Part shown: one piece after another, positions 29,530 through 38,757 of the stretch
Numbering within the stretch: position 1 is the stretch's first letter
Layout of the letters: the number at the start of each line of letters is the position of its first letter
Source: a virus
Direction: 5' to 3' (one strand)
Length of the DNA stretch: 64,000 nt
IMG/VR virus record: IMGVR_UViG_3300046321_000098
Location: 18,012 to 82,011 of that record
Notes under the pieces: generated by a model
What the model saw: the letters and a program-made list of their open reading frames with translations, nothing else
Told to the model about the DNA's origin: nothing
The model's database searches: none
Translations under genes and position numbers: made by a program

Positions 29530-31229
29530 CAGATAACTTATATCGCCGTTTAAGCGAAGAACGAAAGACACTCCAAGGACAGGATTTAATTCCAGAATGG
29601 TATACAACTGCAGGTTGGCAGCTATTTAAAGAGAAGTACCTCTACGAAACTGACCGAGCGGTACGAGGACAATTTGAACGAATTGCAACCACTGCTGCAA
29701 AACACTTAAAAGGGACTAAGTTTGAATCTCAAGCTGAATCCAAGTTCTTCGAGTTATTTTGGAAGGGTTGGTTGTCACCATCCACGCCTGTGCTTGCTAA
29801 CATGGGTACAACTAGAGGTTTACCAGTGTCGTGTTCTGGTACGTTCGTAGATGACAGCATTGACGGTTTCTACAGCAACCGCCGTGAAGTAGCTATCCTA
29901 ACCAAGCACGGTTTTGGTACAGCAAGCTACTTAGGTGCAATTCGACCTCGTGGTGCTGTAATTAGTAAAGGCGGTAAAGCATCTGGTGTACTACCTGTAT
30001 TAAAAGGTCACATCCAAGACATGAGAGATGTAGCACAAGGTACGGCGCGGCGTGGTGCTTGGGCAGGTTATATTGAAATTGACCATGACGCATTTGACGA
30101 GATTGCAGATTTTGTAGAGGCAGAACCAGATGATGCGAACATTGGTTGGATCATTAAAGATTCTTTTGTAGCTAAATTAGATGCAGGTGATAACGAGTCC
30201 ACACGAAGATTTCAGAAAGCTTTGAAGTTGAAAATGCTGACAGGTAAAGGTTATTTTATGTTCATGGACAAGATTAATCGCAAGCGTCCTGAAAGTTATT
30301 TGAAAAATAACCTTGAGGTTGTCACGAGTCAACTTTGCAGCGAGATCACACTTTTTTGTGATAAAGAGCATACATTTACTTGTGTCTTATCCTCAATGAA
30401 CGTATCAAAATATGACGAGTGGAAAGACACGGATGCTGTACAGTGGGCAACTATTTTCTTAGACTGTGTTGCTTCTGAGTTTATCGAACAAGCGAAGGAC
30501 ATTTCAGGCTTAGAGAAAGCAGTCTTGTACACTGTAAAAGGAAGAAGTTTAGGGTTAGGGCAATGTGGTTTTCACACTTACCTTCAGGAGAAGATGATTC
30601 CTTTTGAAGCCTTTGAAGCCCACATGATTAATTTAGATGTTGCAGCACACATTGATAAGGAATCCTTGGTTGCGTCGAAATTACTAGCAACTGAGCTTGG
30701 TGAACCAGAGTGGTGTAAAGGGTTAGGTATCAGGAATACTCACCGTATCGCTGTTGCTCCGACAAAATCCACAGCTTTAATTATGGGGGGTGTATCTGAG
30801 GGAATCAGTCCAGACCCTGCAATGAGTTTTACACAGCTTACTGCAGCGGGTGAAGTTGATAGATTGAACCCTGTACTCCTTAACTTAATGAAAAGTAAAG
30901 GTATTTATAGTGTTCACAAGGTTAAAGAAATCACAGACAAACAAGGAAGTGTACAACATGTGGATTGGTTGACTCAAGAAGAGAAGGATGTATTTAAAAC
31001 AGCTTTTGAAATCAACATGAAATCAGTGCTGCGTTTAGCTGCAACAAGGGGTCGTTATGTTGATCAGTGGCAGTCTCTAAACCTGTTTTTCTCAGCAGAA
31101 GCTGCGCCTGAGTGGATAGCTGAAGTGCATCAAGAGGCGTTTACTAATCAAGATATTCTTGGGTTGTACTATATTTATACTCAAGCAGGCGTTCAATCGG
31201 CTGACGGTGAATGTATTGCTTGTCAATAA
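29526..31229 (+). CDS. nrdA: Class I ribonucleotide reductase alpha subunit (no ATP cone)
   Basis: SPSTPVL, PVSC, SQLCSEI, APTKST, LYY, C-terminal CIAC. Confidence 0.93.
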   Translation: MTDNLYRRLSEERKTLQGQDLIPEWYTTAGWQLFKEKYLYETDRAVRGQFERIATTAAKHLKGTKFESQAESKFFELFWKGWLSPSTPVLANMGTTRGLPVSCSGTFVDDSIDGFYSNRREVAILTKHGFGTASYLGAIRPRGAVISKGGKASGVLPVLKGHIQDMRDVAQGTARRGAWAGYIEIDHDAFDEIADFVEAEPDDANIGWIIKDSFVAKLDAGDNESTRRFQKALKLKMLTGKGYFMFMDKINRKRPESYLKNNLEVVTSQLCSEITLFCDKEHTFTCVLSSMNVSKYDEWKDTDAVQWATIFLDCVASEFIEQAKDISGLEKAVLYTVKGRSLGLGQCGFHTYLQEKMIPFEAFEAHMINLDVAAHIDKESLVASKLLATELGEPEWCKGLGIRNTHRIAVAPTKSTALIMGGVSEGISPDPAMSFTQLTAAGEVDRLNPVLLNLMKSKGIYSVHKVKEITDKQGSVQHVDWLTQEEKDVFKTAFEINMKSVLRLAATRGRYVDQWQSLNLFFSAEAAPEWIAEVHQEAFTNQDILGLYYIYTQAGVQSADGECIACQ

Positions 31230-31248
31230 CAAACAAAGGAGAAACAAA

Positions 31249-31503
31249 ATGAAAGACAAAATCGTAACCATCTTCCGCACGAAACAGTGCAAGAACGGTA
31301 AAGCGCTAACAGAAGCAGTACGATTACTGCCTGTTGATCAAGAGTCAGTCCAAGTGGTGTACGTCAACGAGGAACCAGCTATAGCAACGTTTTTCAGAAT
31401 TATCGAATCACCTACCGTCCTGATGTTCGAAGATGGCGAGGAAACTGTCCGACACGAAGGTGCAGTACCTCCTGAAATCATTCTTGCTTTCCTAAACAGC
31501 TAA
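31249..31503 (+). CDS. Thioredoxin-fold protein without CxxC
   Basis: After nrdA; SPTVLMFEDGEE..RHEG; only one Cys (QCKNG). Confidence 0.55.
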   Translation: MKDKIVTIFRTKQCKNGKALTEAVRLLPVDQESVQVVYVNEEPAIATFFRIIESPTVLMFEDGEETVRHEGAVPPEIILAFLNS

Positions 31504-31510
31504 CCAAACG

Positions 31511-31546
31511 AAAACCTCCTTGTTTAACCACTCGGGGGTTTTCTCT
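31511..31546 (+). terminator. Terminator after the nucleotide-metabolism operon
   Basis: AAAACCTCC...GGGGGTTTT. Confidence 0.65.
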
Positions 31547-31587
31547 CGCCTTTACAAACTGTTACAAAAATATTTCTTATAAATCTG

Positions 31588-31615
31588 TTGACACAGTAAT
31601 CAACTCTGCTACAAT
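31588..31615 (+). promoter_or_regulatory. Sigma70-like promoter
   Basis: TTGACA-16-TACAAT with TG extension. Confidence 0.7.
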
Positions 31616-31646
31616 CCAAACATCATCAACAACAAAGGAGTAAACC

Positions 31647-32009
31647 ATGCTATACATCACACCATCACAACGAGCACAAATCAAGCAACGAGCAGTTCAA
31701 ATTCGCCAGACTGTAGGTCAAGGAAAGCAAGACAACGCCGCTGCGAAACTAAAAGTAAAGAAAGAATTAACACAAGGGGAAACACAGCAACTGTTGCACA
31801 TTCTCCACGGAGAATTAGAGTGTACAACGTCTAATAAAGAACGTGAAAACGAAACGGCAAGTGAAATGTGGATAGGTGCAAACAAAGACGACGAGGAAGG
31901 TCAAAACTACTTCGAGGAGTTTTCGTTCTACAATTCTCTTGCTAAGAAAAGTAAACAAAAAGAGAAAACCCTTGTCAACCTTATCACCAAGCTCAAAGGA
32001 ATGCGCTAG
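31647..32009 (+). CDS. Hypothetical protein
   Basis: AAAGGAG RBS. Confidence 0.6.
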   Translation: MLYITPSQRAQIKQRAVQIRQTVGQGKQDNAAAKLKVKKELTQGETQQLLHILHGELECTTSNKERENETASEMWIGANKDDEEGQNYFEEFSFYNSLAKKSKQKEKTLVNLITKLKGMR

Positions 32010-32194
32010 TGAAAGCAGTAGATTTAACTAACCTACACAATTGGCAACGAGTCAAGACATTGACCAATGCTTTACACATGGAAAAAGATTATGACTGTGA
32101 ACTGTCACCTTACGCTAAAGTCCTCCTTGCGAACTTGACTAAATTAACAATAGAAGCACTAGAATACGCGAAAGGGAATGAATATGATAACTAA
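32009..32194 (+). CDS. Hypothetical protein
   Basis: Coupled ORF. Confidence 0.5.
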   Translation: MKAVDLTNLHNWQRVKTLTNALHMEKDYDCELSPYAKVLLANLTKLTIEALEYAKGNEYDN

Positions 32195-32483
32195 GGATTA
32201 TGTAGAAGCACACCCTGAACTGTGGCAAGATATTCTAGTACCTCATGTTGTTCACGGCTGGATGTGGGATTTTGCTAAGACAGCGGAGCATCTAGGTTAT
32301 AAATTCTTCCTGTGGAACGATGTTGTGTACCTTTCGACAACAGGACGCATGGCAACACTGGGAGAGGTACAACCCCTAACGTTTACAACACCTAGTTACC
32401 ACCGTATCAAGATTGTTACATCAACGAAAGCGGGTATAGGTATGGTGTTAAAAGACACATTTCTAAAGAATTGCCACAATTAA
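32178..32483 (+). CDS. Hypothetical protein
   Basis: Coupled ORF. Confidence 0.5.
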   Translation: MNMITKDYVEAHPELWQDILVPHVVHGWMWDFAKTAEHLGYKFFLWNDVVYLSTTGRMATLGEVQPLTFTTPSYHRIKIVTSTKAGIGMVLKDTFLKNCHN

Positions 32484-32484
32484 A

Positions 32485-32913
32485 ATGAAGCAAAAGTACA
32501 AAACCGCGTACTTAGACATGGCTGAGCGATTCGGTCAGACATCAGAAGCTACACGCCTTAAAGTTGGTGCTCTGATTATCAGGGACGATACCATCATCGC
32601 TCAGGGTGTAAATGGAACTCCAAGGGGTTGGTTGACAAATTTGTGCGAGGACGCAGACAGTAGTACCAACAGTGTAGTACGACACGCTGAAGTAAACGCT
32701 TTAAACAAGCTCAGACGCTCTAACAGCTCATCAAATGGTGCTACTATGTTCTGCAGTCACGCTTGCTGCTTACCGTGTGCTATAGAGCTTGTGGATGCTG
32801 GTATCAAGGAATTCTATTTCAAGCACGAATACAGGGACATGAGTGGATTGGATTATTTAGAGTCTAAAGGTGTCAAAGTTGAATGGCTAGACCAAGAGTG
32901 TAAATCTTTGTAA
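32485..32913 (+). CDS. dCMP deaminase
   Basis: KVGALI, GVNG, HAEVNAL, CLPC Zn motif. Confidence 0.88.
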   Translation: MKQKYKTAYLDMAERFGQTSEATRLKVGALIIRDDTIIAQGVNGTPRGWLTNLCEDADSSTNSVVRHAEVNALNKLRRSNSSSNGATMFCSHACCLPCAIELVDAGIKEFYFKHEYRDMSGLDYLESKGVKVEWLDQECKSL

Positions 32914-32974
32914 AATCGGCACAACCTTTGGATTTCTGTGTATAATCTACGTATCTAAACAAAAGGGAACGAAC

Positions 32975-33496
32975 TTGTTAGTATCTATCACGGATCAAAG
33001 ACTTATTCAAGAAACTATTCAATCTTGTCTTAATAAGATTCTGGGTGAAACTATAGCGAATTACTTCAAGATTGTTGTAGAATTTAAAAATAAACTAGGA
33101 ACTGTGGCTGGACTAGCTTACCGAGCAGAGCAAAGGATTGTACTAAACGAAGCGTTGTTCCTGAACAACAAAGAGCACTTTTTCAGTGATATAATTCCAC
33201 ATGAAGTTGCTCACATCTTGCAGTACGTTCTTTACCCAGATGAGCGACTACATCACGGTAAAAAGTGGAGATTAATTATGCAACAATTTGGATTACAACC
33301 TAATGCCTATCACGACTTAGATGTGTCAAAAGTGGATAATAAGGTACATCGCTACACCTGTAACTGTGAAGGTGGTTACAAGTATCATCAAATACTTGAT
33401 AATGAACATAGAAAGTTACAAAGTGGTCAAGCAAGAAAGTGTGGAACTTGCGAGACTAGGATTATTCATTTTCCACGAGGAGATTCAGTATGGTAG
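32975..33496 (+). CDS. SprT-like zinc metalloprotease
   Basis: IPHEVAH, HGKKW, YTCNC, CGTC. Confidence 0.85.
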   Translation: MLVSITDQRLIQETIQSCLNKILGETIANYFKIVVEFKNKLGTVAGLAYRAEQRIVLNEALFLNNKEHFFSDIIPHEVAHILQYVLYPDERLHHGKKWRLIMQQFGLQPNAYHDLDVSKVDNKVHRYTCNCEGGYKYHQILDNEHRKLQSGQARKCGTCETRIIHFPRGDSVW

Positions 33497-33876
33497 GTGA
33501 TAAATTAGAAATTAAAGAATTTGACGGTGAAAGACTTCAAGCTGTTGGATCAGACGGCTCGTGTATTGGTTGTGAATATGAAGAAGGCTGGAATTGCGTC
33601 GATATTTTGAAGACTCACCCATGCTCCTCTACAAAACGCTATGACGGGAAGGAAGTTATATGGTTGAAAATTCAACACGGTAAAGACCCTAGACTAACTT
33701 CAGTTAAAGAAGTAAAAGACAAGGTTAAGGCTCTACAACAAACAATCCAAGAGCTTATAAGCACTTTTGAAGGTGAGACAGCTACAAGGGTAAGTGCTGT
33801 TGATTTCACGGCTTGTCAAGAGACAAGTGGTGCTCATTGTACCTACGACGTAGCAATTACAGTTACCTTGAATTAA
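33490..33876 (+). CDS. Hypothetical protein with N-terminal Cys cluster
   Basis: SCIGC...C...C, similar to the N-terminus of the 26969 ORF. Confidence 0.55.
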   Translation: MVGDKLEIKEFDGERLQAVGSDGSCIGCEYEEGWNCVDILKTHPCSSTKRYDGKEVIWLKIQHGKDPRLTSVKEVKDKVKALQQTIQELISTFEGETATRVSAVDFTACQETSGAHCTYDVAITVTLN

Positions 33877-33885
33877 AGGAAATAC

Positions 33886-34050
33886 ATGATTAAGTACTTT
33901 AGCAAAAACACACAAGGCAAGGATTACTTTACTGGGGACACACCCTTACAGAAACCTACTAAACTTGGGAATGTGTATTACATTGATATAGGGGCATGTT
34001 TTGGTAAGGATTTGACGCTTCTGAGCACAGAAGAATTAATAAGGATTTGA
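33886..34050 (+). pseudogene. Internally deleted Ser/Thr metallophosphatase remnant (54 aa)
   Basis: MIKYFSKNTQGKDYFTGD joined directly to TPLQKPTKLGNVYYIDIGACFG..LTL. Confidence 0.65.
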
Positions 34051-34129
34051 ACTTTACAAAGAGTTACAAAATTCAGTGAAAACAGGTAGAGATTTAATAT
34101 AGAATACATCTATTGAAACAAAGGAGTAA

Positions 34130-35251
34130 ATGATGAAAACAGTACCAAAGATTACACGCGAAATATGGAACACTGCAAGCTGCACAATAGGATGTGCTGG
34201 AGGTGCATGGGAAATCTGCAACAAAGCCATTGAAATAGCCCTAGCAGAGCAGCAAGAGCAAAATCTAAAGAATGAGATTGAAGGGATGAGTACACCGGCT
34301 CTGAAAGCATACCTAAATTTATTGACTGAAAAACAAGAGCAATACATCACAGCAGCACAGGCGCGACGGCTAGGTTTTGGAAAAGTTTTAGTGAGACAAA
34401 AAGGTGAAAAATACTGGCAAGGTGTTACAGATGGTTTTTATTACTCGCCACAATTTGAATACCGCGCCATCAAGCAAGCACAGCCCGAGCCAGTTCAACC
34501 AGCCGTCGATGTAGACAAGGTACATCCGGAATGGGAGTTTGGGTCAGCACCGTTCAAGGATTGGTGCGGAAAATGGTTCGGCTCAGATTCCGATGAAACG
34601 TATCTGGCTAAAGCTGTCTTGTCTCTACCCATCAAAGCACAACCTGAGCCAACCGACAAACATACCGACGTTCGCGCTGAGTATGCCAAGCAAGTCAGAG
34701 ACGATACTAGACATTTTTATTTGTGGAAACATAAAGCACCCTTACTGCCGCTCATTAATTGCTACGGCGCTCCTGAATTTCACCCTGAATACGAATACCG
34801 CTGCACAGACATAAGCTGCTACGTTTCAAAAGACGGTGAGTCTGCTATCAGGATGTTGCGGACTGAGGCGCAGGAGTTGCAAGCCAAGACTAGAGATGAG
34901 TGCGACTGGTTTACTCCGTTCAGCAGTCAACTTGACGTCGATGATGACTTTTTTAGCTTTGGCAGTAAAGGCACTTACACCTACCGCACCAAAGCCACCA
35001 TCAAACTAGACGGGCGCAGGGTCACACCTGAGCAGGCAGCGGCTGAGTGGGATGCTAAGAAAGAGACGCATGTAATGTGGTTTAAGTTTGCCAACATTGA
35101 TTGGACAGACGTTATCGTATACCCCGAGGATTATGTTGAATACTTCGCTAATACTGCTAACTGCGAATACGAACTCCGCCCCAAGCAACCAACATGGACA
35201 GGTAGCCGTGAAGATGTGATTGCTTTGCTTAAAGAAGTGGGGGTGCTATGA
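34130..35251 (+). CDS. Modular hypothetical protein with internal repeats
   Basis: 373 aa; repeated W...EYR units; AAAGGAG RBS. Confidence 0.6.
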   Translation: MMKTVPKITREIWNTASCTIGCAGGAWEICNKAIEIALAEQQEQNLKNEIEGMSTPALKAYLNLLTEKQEQYITAAQARRLGFGKVLVRQKGEKYWQGVTDGFYYSPQFEYRAIKQAQPEPVQPAVDVDKVHPEWEFGSAPFKDWCGKWFGSDSDETYLAKAVLSLPIKAQPEPTDKHTDVRAEYAKQVRDDTRHFYLWKHKAPLLPLINCYGAPEFHPEYEYRCTDISCYVSKDGESAIRMLRTEAQELQAKTRDECDWFTPFSSQLDVDDDFFSFGSKGTYTYRTKATIKLDGRRVTPEQAAAEWDAKKETHVMWFKFANIDWTDVIVYPEDYVEYFANTANCEYELRPKQPTWTGSREDVIALLKEVGVL

Positions 35252-35460
35252 ACGAACAACGCGCTTTTACTGTAGTGACAGTGATTCGGGGCTGTAAAAC
35301 ACCATGCCCGCATTACGATGGCGACGATATGTGTGATAGAGAATTTATTCGACCTGAGAACTTTAGACGCGCTATGAAGTTGTTCGTAGAAAACCAGCAC
35401 ACCCTTACCCCCACCTGCCCGATGTGGAATGAAGCTAAACCTATTGGAGAATTGAAATGA
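35248..35460 (+). CDS. Small Cys-containing hypothetical protein
   Basis: ATGA coupling. Confidence 0.5.
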   Translation: MNEQRAFTVVTVIRGCKTPCPHYDGDDMCDREFIRPENFRRAMKLFVENQHTLTPTCPMWNEAKPIGELK

Positions 35461-35599
35461 AATCTCAAGTAAAAATATGTAAAGTTTGGCACTTAGTAAT
35501 GCCCAATGGAGCAATGCGATTGTTCTCTGGCGTTAAAAAATACAAGCACATGAACTTGAAAAAGATTTGCATCATGAAGATGAACTTAGAGGCGAGAAA

Positions 35600-35866
35600 A
35601 TGACTCCATCACCAGAACAAATAGCAGAGTTAAATTGGGACGCAGCTAATACGTTAGTAGCGCAAGCCACCGAGATAGCCGAGCTAAAAGCAAAGCTAGC
35701 AGAGCTTATGCCGCTTGCGAAGTTTGGGGCGATGGTTATGTGTGATTTTTCGGCTTTGACCGTCACAAAAATAAACAATCATGCACTATCGCAAGACCTT
35801 ATCGGCAACGGCAGCGAAGTTAAACCAAGCATCGAAGCCACTATTGCCAAAATATTGAAGGACTAA
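35600..35866 (+). CDS. Hypothetical protein
   Basis: Start MTPSPEQ after GAGG. Confidence 0.5.
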   Translation: MTPSPEQIAELNWDAANTLVAQATEIAELKAKLAELMPLAKFGAMVMCDFSALTVTKINNHALSQDLIGNGSEVKPSIEATIAKILKD

Positions 35867-35867
35867 C

Positions 35868-36371
35868 ATGCAGTACATAATCACAGCCCAAAGAATTGCA
35901 GAAATTATTGCTTATGCAAAAATCTACGATGGTGAAAAAATATCAACTTTGCTTCAATCCCTCCCAGTCTTAGAGGGTGAGCCAGTGGGGATAGTGGTTT
36001 ACAAGCCAAAAATGCTCAGGGTTGGCGCGTTAAATCAAGTAGGCTTGGCGTTGCCAGACCGTACAAAGCTCTATACCCACTCCGCACCATTCACACCCAA
36101 ATCCATTGTAGAAAAGTGCGCCCAAATCTGTGAGAGCAGGTTTAGATCACTTATGTCCGACAACAATATTACCGCAGGAAATGAGGCTAAGAAGTGTGCA
36201 AGTGCCGTACGTCATCACGGGTTAACTTATCCCATCACACCTATTACAGCGGATATGGTTACGGATGAGATGGTTGCAGCTTACGGCGCGAATTTTAATA
36301 GCTGGGACACGCCAACGTATTCGGAACAAATAGAGGCCGCTGTCAACGCATACATAGGATCAAAGAAATGA
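35868..36371 (+). CDS. Hypothetical protein
   Basis: RBS; mosaic phage-type motifs (EPVG, VTDEMV). Confidence 0.55.
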   Translation: MQYIITAQRIAEIIAYAKIYDGEKISTLLQSLPVLEGEPVGIVVYKPKMLRVGALNQVGLALPDRTKLYTHSAPFTPKSIVEKCAQICESRFRSLMSDNNITAGNEAKKCASAVRHHGLTYPITPITADMVTDEMVAAYGANFNSWDTPTYSEQIEAAVNAYIGSKK

Positions 36372-36595
36372 AAATAAAAACACTTTACACCGCAATAAAT
36401 CATGTGGTCGCATCAATCGGCATGAACGGTGCAATTGACAGCAGAAGCGAGTTAATAGAGGAGCTAAAAGACGCACTGTTTGCCATTGACGGTGGCGTTT
36501 ACAAGCCCGAATTATTCGATGAAACACAATCAAAATTCACCCAGCTACAAGCCGAAGTGGAAGCGCTACAGGAGATATTAAATTATGCCAAGTAA
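36368..36595 (+). CDS. Hypothetical protein
   Basis: ATGA coupling. Confidence 0.5.
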   Translation: MKIKTLYTAINHVVASIGMNGAIDSRSELIEELKDALFAIDGGVYKPELFDETQSKFTQLQAEVEALQEILNYAK

Positions 36596-37478
36596 AAAGG
36601 AGTTAGCTCTCACAAGAGAGCAAGTGTTAGGTATTCTTGAACTGAGGTTTCCTGAGTACGAGTTTTACTGGAAAGTAGCTATAGCTCGCAACGTCAAAGC
36701 TGGAAGCAAAGCTGGGCGATTGAACAAAGATGGATACACTGTAATCACTATAGATGGGAGCAAATTCAAGGCTCACCGTTTAGTCTGGTTTGTTACTTAC
36801 GGGGAATTTCCTGATAATCAAATTGACCACCTTGACGGTAACCCCTCTAACAACAGGATTGAGAACCTTAGAGATGTTTCTAACAAAACTAACGGGCAGA
36901 ACCGCAAGAAGCGCAAACGACTTGATGAGGGTTTACCTACAGGAATCAAAGTCGGTAAGCGAAACAAGATTGGCGAAATTATTGGTTATTACGCCTCTTG
37001 GTATGACATTAACGGCAAAAGGCAGGATATATATTTTGGGATTAAAAAGTGGTTAACTTTGGGGGCAGCGTTAGCTGCTTCTATAGCTAGACGCGAACTT
37101 GAAATGACTAATCTGCTTGACCTAGGCGCAGCATATACTGATAGACACGGGTGTGAAACTGCTAAGAACCACTGTAAGGATGCTGAGTGGCAACCTATTG
37201 AGACAGCGCCGAAGGACTACGTTACCGAGTTTGACGGATGGAATGGGGAGCGAGTTACAAATATCAGTTGGGAACATCCCGCTTATTCACCCAAAGGACA
37301 CTTTGCATGGTGCGTCAGTGAATATGTCGCCCATCACGGACACGACAATGTAGAAGTAAAAGGGTTAACCCACTGGATGCCTTTACCCAAGCCACCCGCT
37401 GCAATAGCTAAAGACACTCAGCTAACCGCACTTAGTGAAATGGTAAAACTTAGTCAGGAAATGGGGTTGTATAATTGA
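36585..37478 (+). CDS. HNH endonuclease fused in frame to a DUF551-like domain
   Basis: AHRLVW, IDHLDGNPSNNRIENL; then WQPIETAPKD...THWMPLPKPP. Confidence 0.8.
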   Translation: MPSKKELALTREQVLGILELRFPEYEFYWKVAIARNVKAGSKAGRLNKDGYTVITIDGSKFKAHRLVWFVTYGEFPDNQIDHLDGNPSNNRIENLRDVSNKTNGQNRKKRKRLDEGLPTGIKVGKRNKIGEIIGYYASWYDINGKRQDIYFGIKKWLTLGAALAASIARRELEMTNLLDLGAAYTDRHGCETAKNHCKDAEWQPIETAPKDYVTEFDGWNGERVTNISWEHPAYSPKGHFAWCVSEYVAHHGHDNVEVKGLTHWMPLPKPPAAIAKDTQLTALSEMVKLSQEMGLYN

Positions 37479-37604
37479 GCCTATGTTACACTTGTTTAAA
37501 ACAGTTCAACGGATAGAAAATTCAAAGGTTCCCTACTCAAAATGGGGAAATAACACATATATCGACGATAATCATAGTAAATTTAATATTAAAGTGGAGG
37601 TCTG

Positions 37605-37832
37605 ATGCATAGCGAAATTAAAATTGAAGAATGGAAGTGCAGTGACGAGGTTGTTAGACTTTACGAAGTTGAACGTAACTCTGTTGTCTCTGTTGTCGGA
37701 GACAACAATTGGGTACTACTCTTTGATCACATTGATGGAGCATACAGTTACTGCTTGGATTTACTATCAGGTGACGTAGTTCACCTTGCTGCTTATACGG
37801 ACGTTAATTTATGGAACAAGAAAAATGCTTGA
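37605..37832 (+). CDS. Hypothetical protein
   Basis: GGAGG RBS; FDHIDGAYSYC. Confidence 0.6.
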   Translation: MHSEIKIEEWKCSDEVVRLYEVERNSVVSVVGDNNWVLLFDHIDGAYSYCLDLLSGDVVHLAAYTDVNLWNKKNA

Positions 37833-38004
37833 GTCCTTTCATTTAACCCCCCTTGAACTTGCAGAGGTCAACGAGCTTTGTGACTTTTATAGTGTGAACA
37901 ACCTTTACGATTTAATTCATACTCAGCAAACACAGATTGAGAGACTTCAAGAAAAACTCAACGAGTATCAGGTTCGTTATTCATCTAAAGTTAGGTACGC
38001 CTAG
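37825..38004 (+). CDS. Hypothetical protein
   Basis: Overlaps the upstream stop. Confidence 0.5.
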   Translation: MLESFHLTPLELAEVNELCDFYSVNNLYDLIHTQQTQIERLQEKLNEYQVRYSSKVRYA

Positions 38005-38005
38005 G

Positions 38006-38416
38006 ATGAGCATAGAAAAGACTAAGCTTCGTCTCAAAGACTTGGTACGCTTGACGGCAGATGAGTGCGATTATCACATTTACGAAGTTGAAGATGTACT
38101 TTCTACGTTTATAAGCGTATTACGCCACGAGTTGTACAAAGGGAACAGTGTGCTTATTGAAAAATTATGCAAGTTGCAAATTTACAAGCCTAAACCAAGG
38201 CGGCTTTACAACTTCAAGACAAAACGCTTGAAACTGTCACCGTCTCACCCAAAGCTTAAAGTCACACCAACTATAGGCTTACTTGACTATATACGTGAAC
38301 AAGAGGGTACTGGACTTGAAGTTAAAAAAGACACAGCTAACAAACGTCTTCAACACCATCAACACACCGAACAAGGAAAATATTATGAGCAAAACAAACC
38401 GCAACCAGTTCAGTAA
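38006..38416 (+). CDS. HU/IHF-like DNA-binding protein
   Basis: Two helices, then L.KG.SV.I...KPRRLYNFKT...KLKVTP arm pattern. Confidence 0.7.
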   Translation: MSIEKTKLRLKDLVRLTADECDYHIYEVEDVLSTFISVLRHELYKGNSVLIEKLCKLQIYKPKPRRLYNFKTKRLKLSPSHPKLKVTPTIGLLDYIREQEGTGLEVKKDTANKRLQHHQHTEQGKYYEQNKPQPVQ

Positions 38417-38552
38417 GAAGAGTTCCCAGAACCAGTATGATACTCAAGAATGGGACGAGGAAAACTTGAATTATCTTGAAGACATTTCATCTGAATTTGG
38501 AAATCTTCCTCAGCTTCAGAGGTGGTCAATGAGTAGTGATGGAGAAGAGTAA
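38385..38552 (+). CDS. Small hypothetical protein
   Basis: AAGGA RBS. Confidence 0.4.
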   Translation: MSKTNRNQFSKKSSQNQYDTQEWDEENLNYLEDISSEFGNLPQLQRWSMSSDGEE

Positions 38553-38608
38553 CAATTTGTAACAGTGCTTGCTTGGTTAAATATTTGATGTAGAATTGGT
38601 TCATAGAC

Positions 38609-38731
38609 GCAACAGTGGTGGAATTGGTAGACACAGGTGACTAGGGGGATTTATCTTAGAGTAAGGCGCTCAGAGCTTACCTACCCGAAATCGCAGAGCA
38701 GGTGAAGGTTCAAATCCTTCCTGTTGCACCA
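38609..38731 (+). ncRNA. tRNA-Leu-like RNA with a large structured insertion in the anticodon loop
   Basis: Acceptor GCAACAG/CTGTTGC-ACCA; D arm GTGGAATTGGTAGACAC; T arm GAAGG-TTCAAAT-CCTTC; 50 nt where a 7-nt loop is expected. Confidence 0.75.
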
Positions 38732-38757
38732 AGTTAATTAAACAAAAGGAATAAACA

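Noticed and set aside
38609-38731. Group I intron-containing tRNA or tmRNA
   Set aside because: The insert is far too short for a group I core, and there is no G3-U70 pair or tag reading frame.
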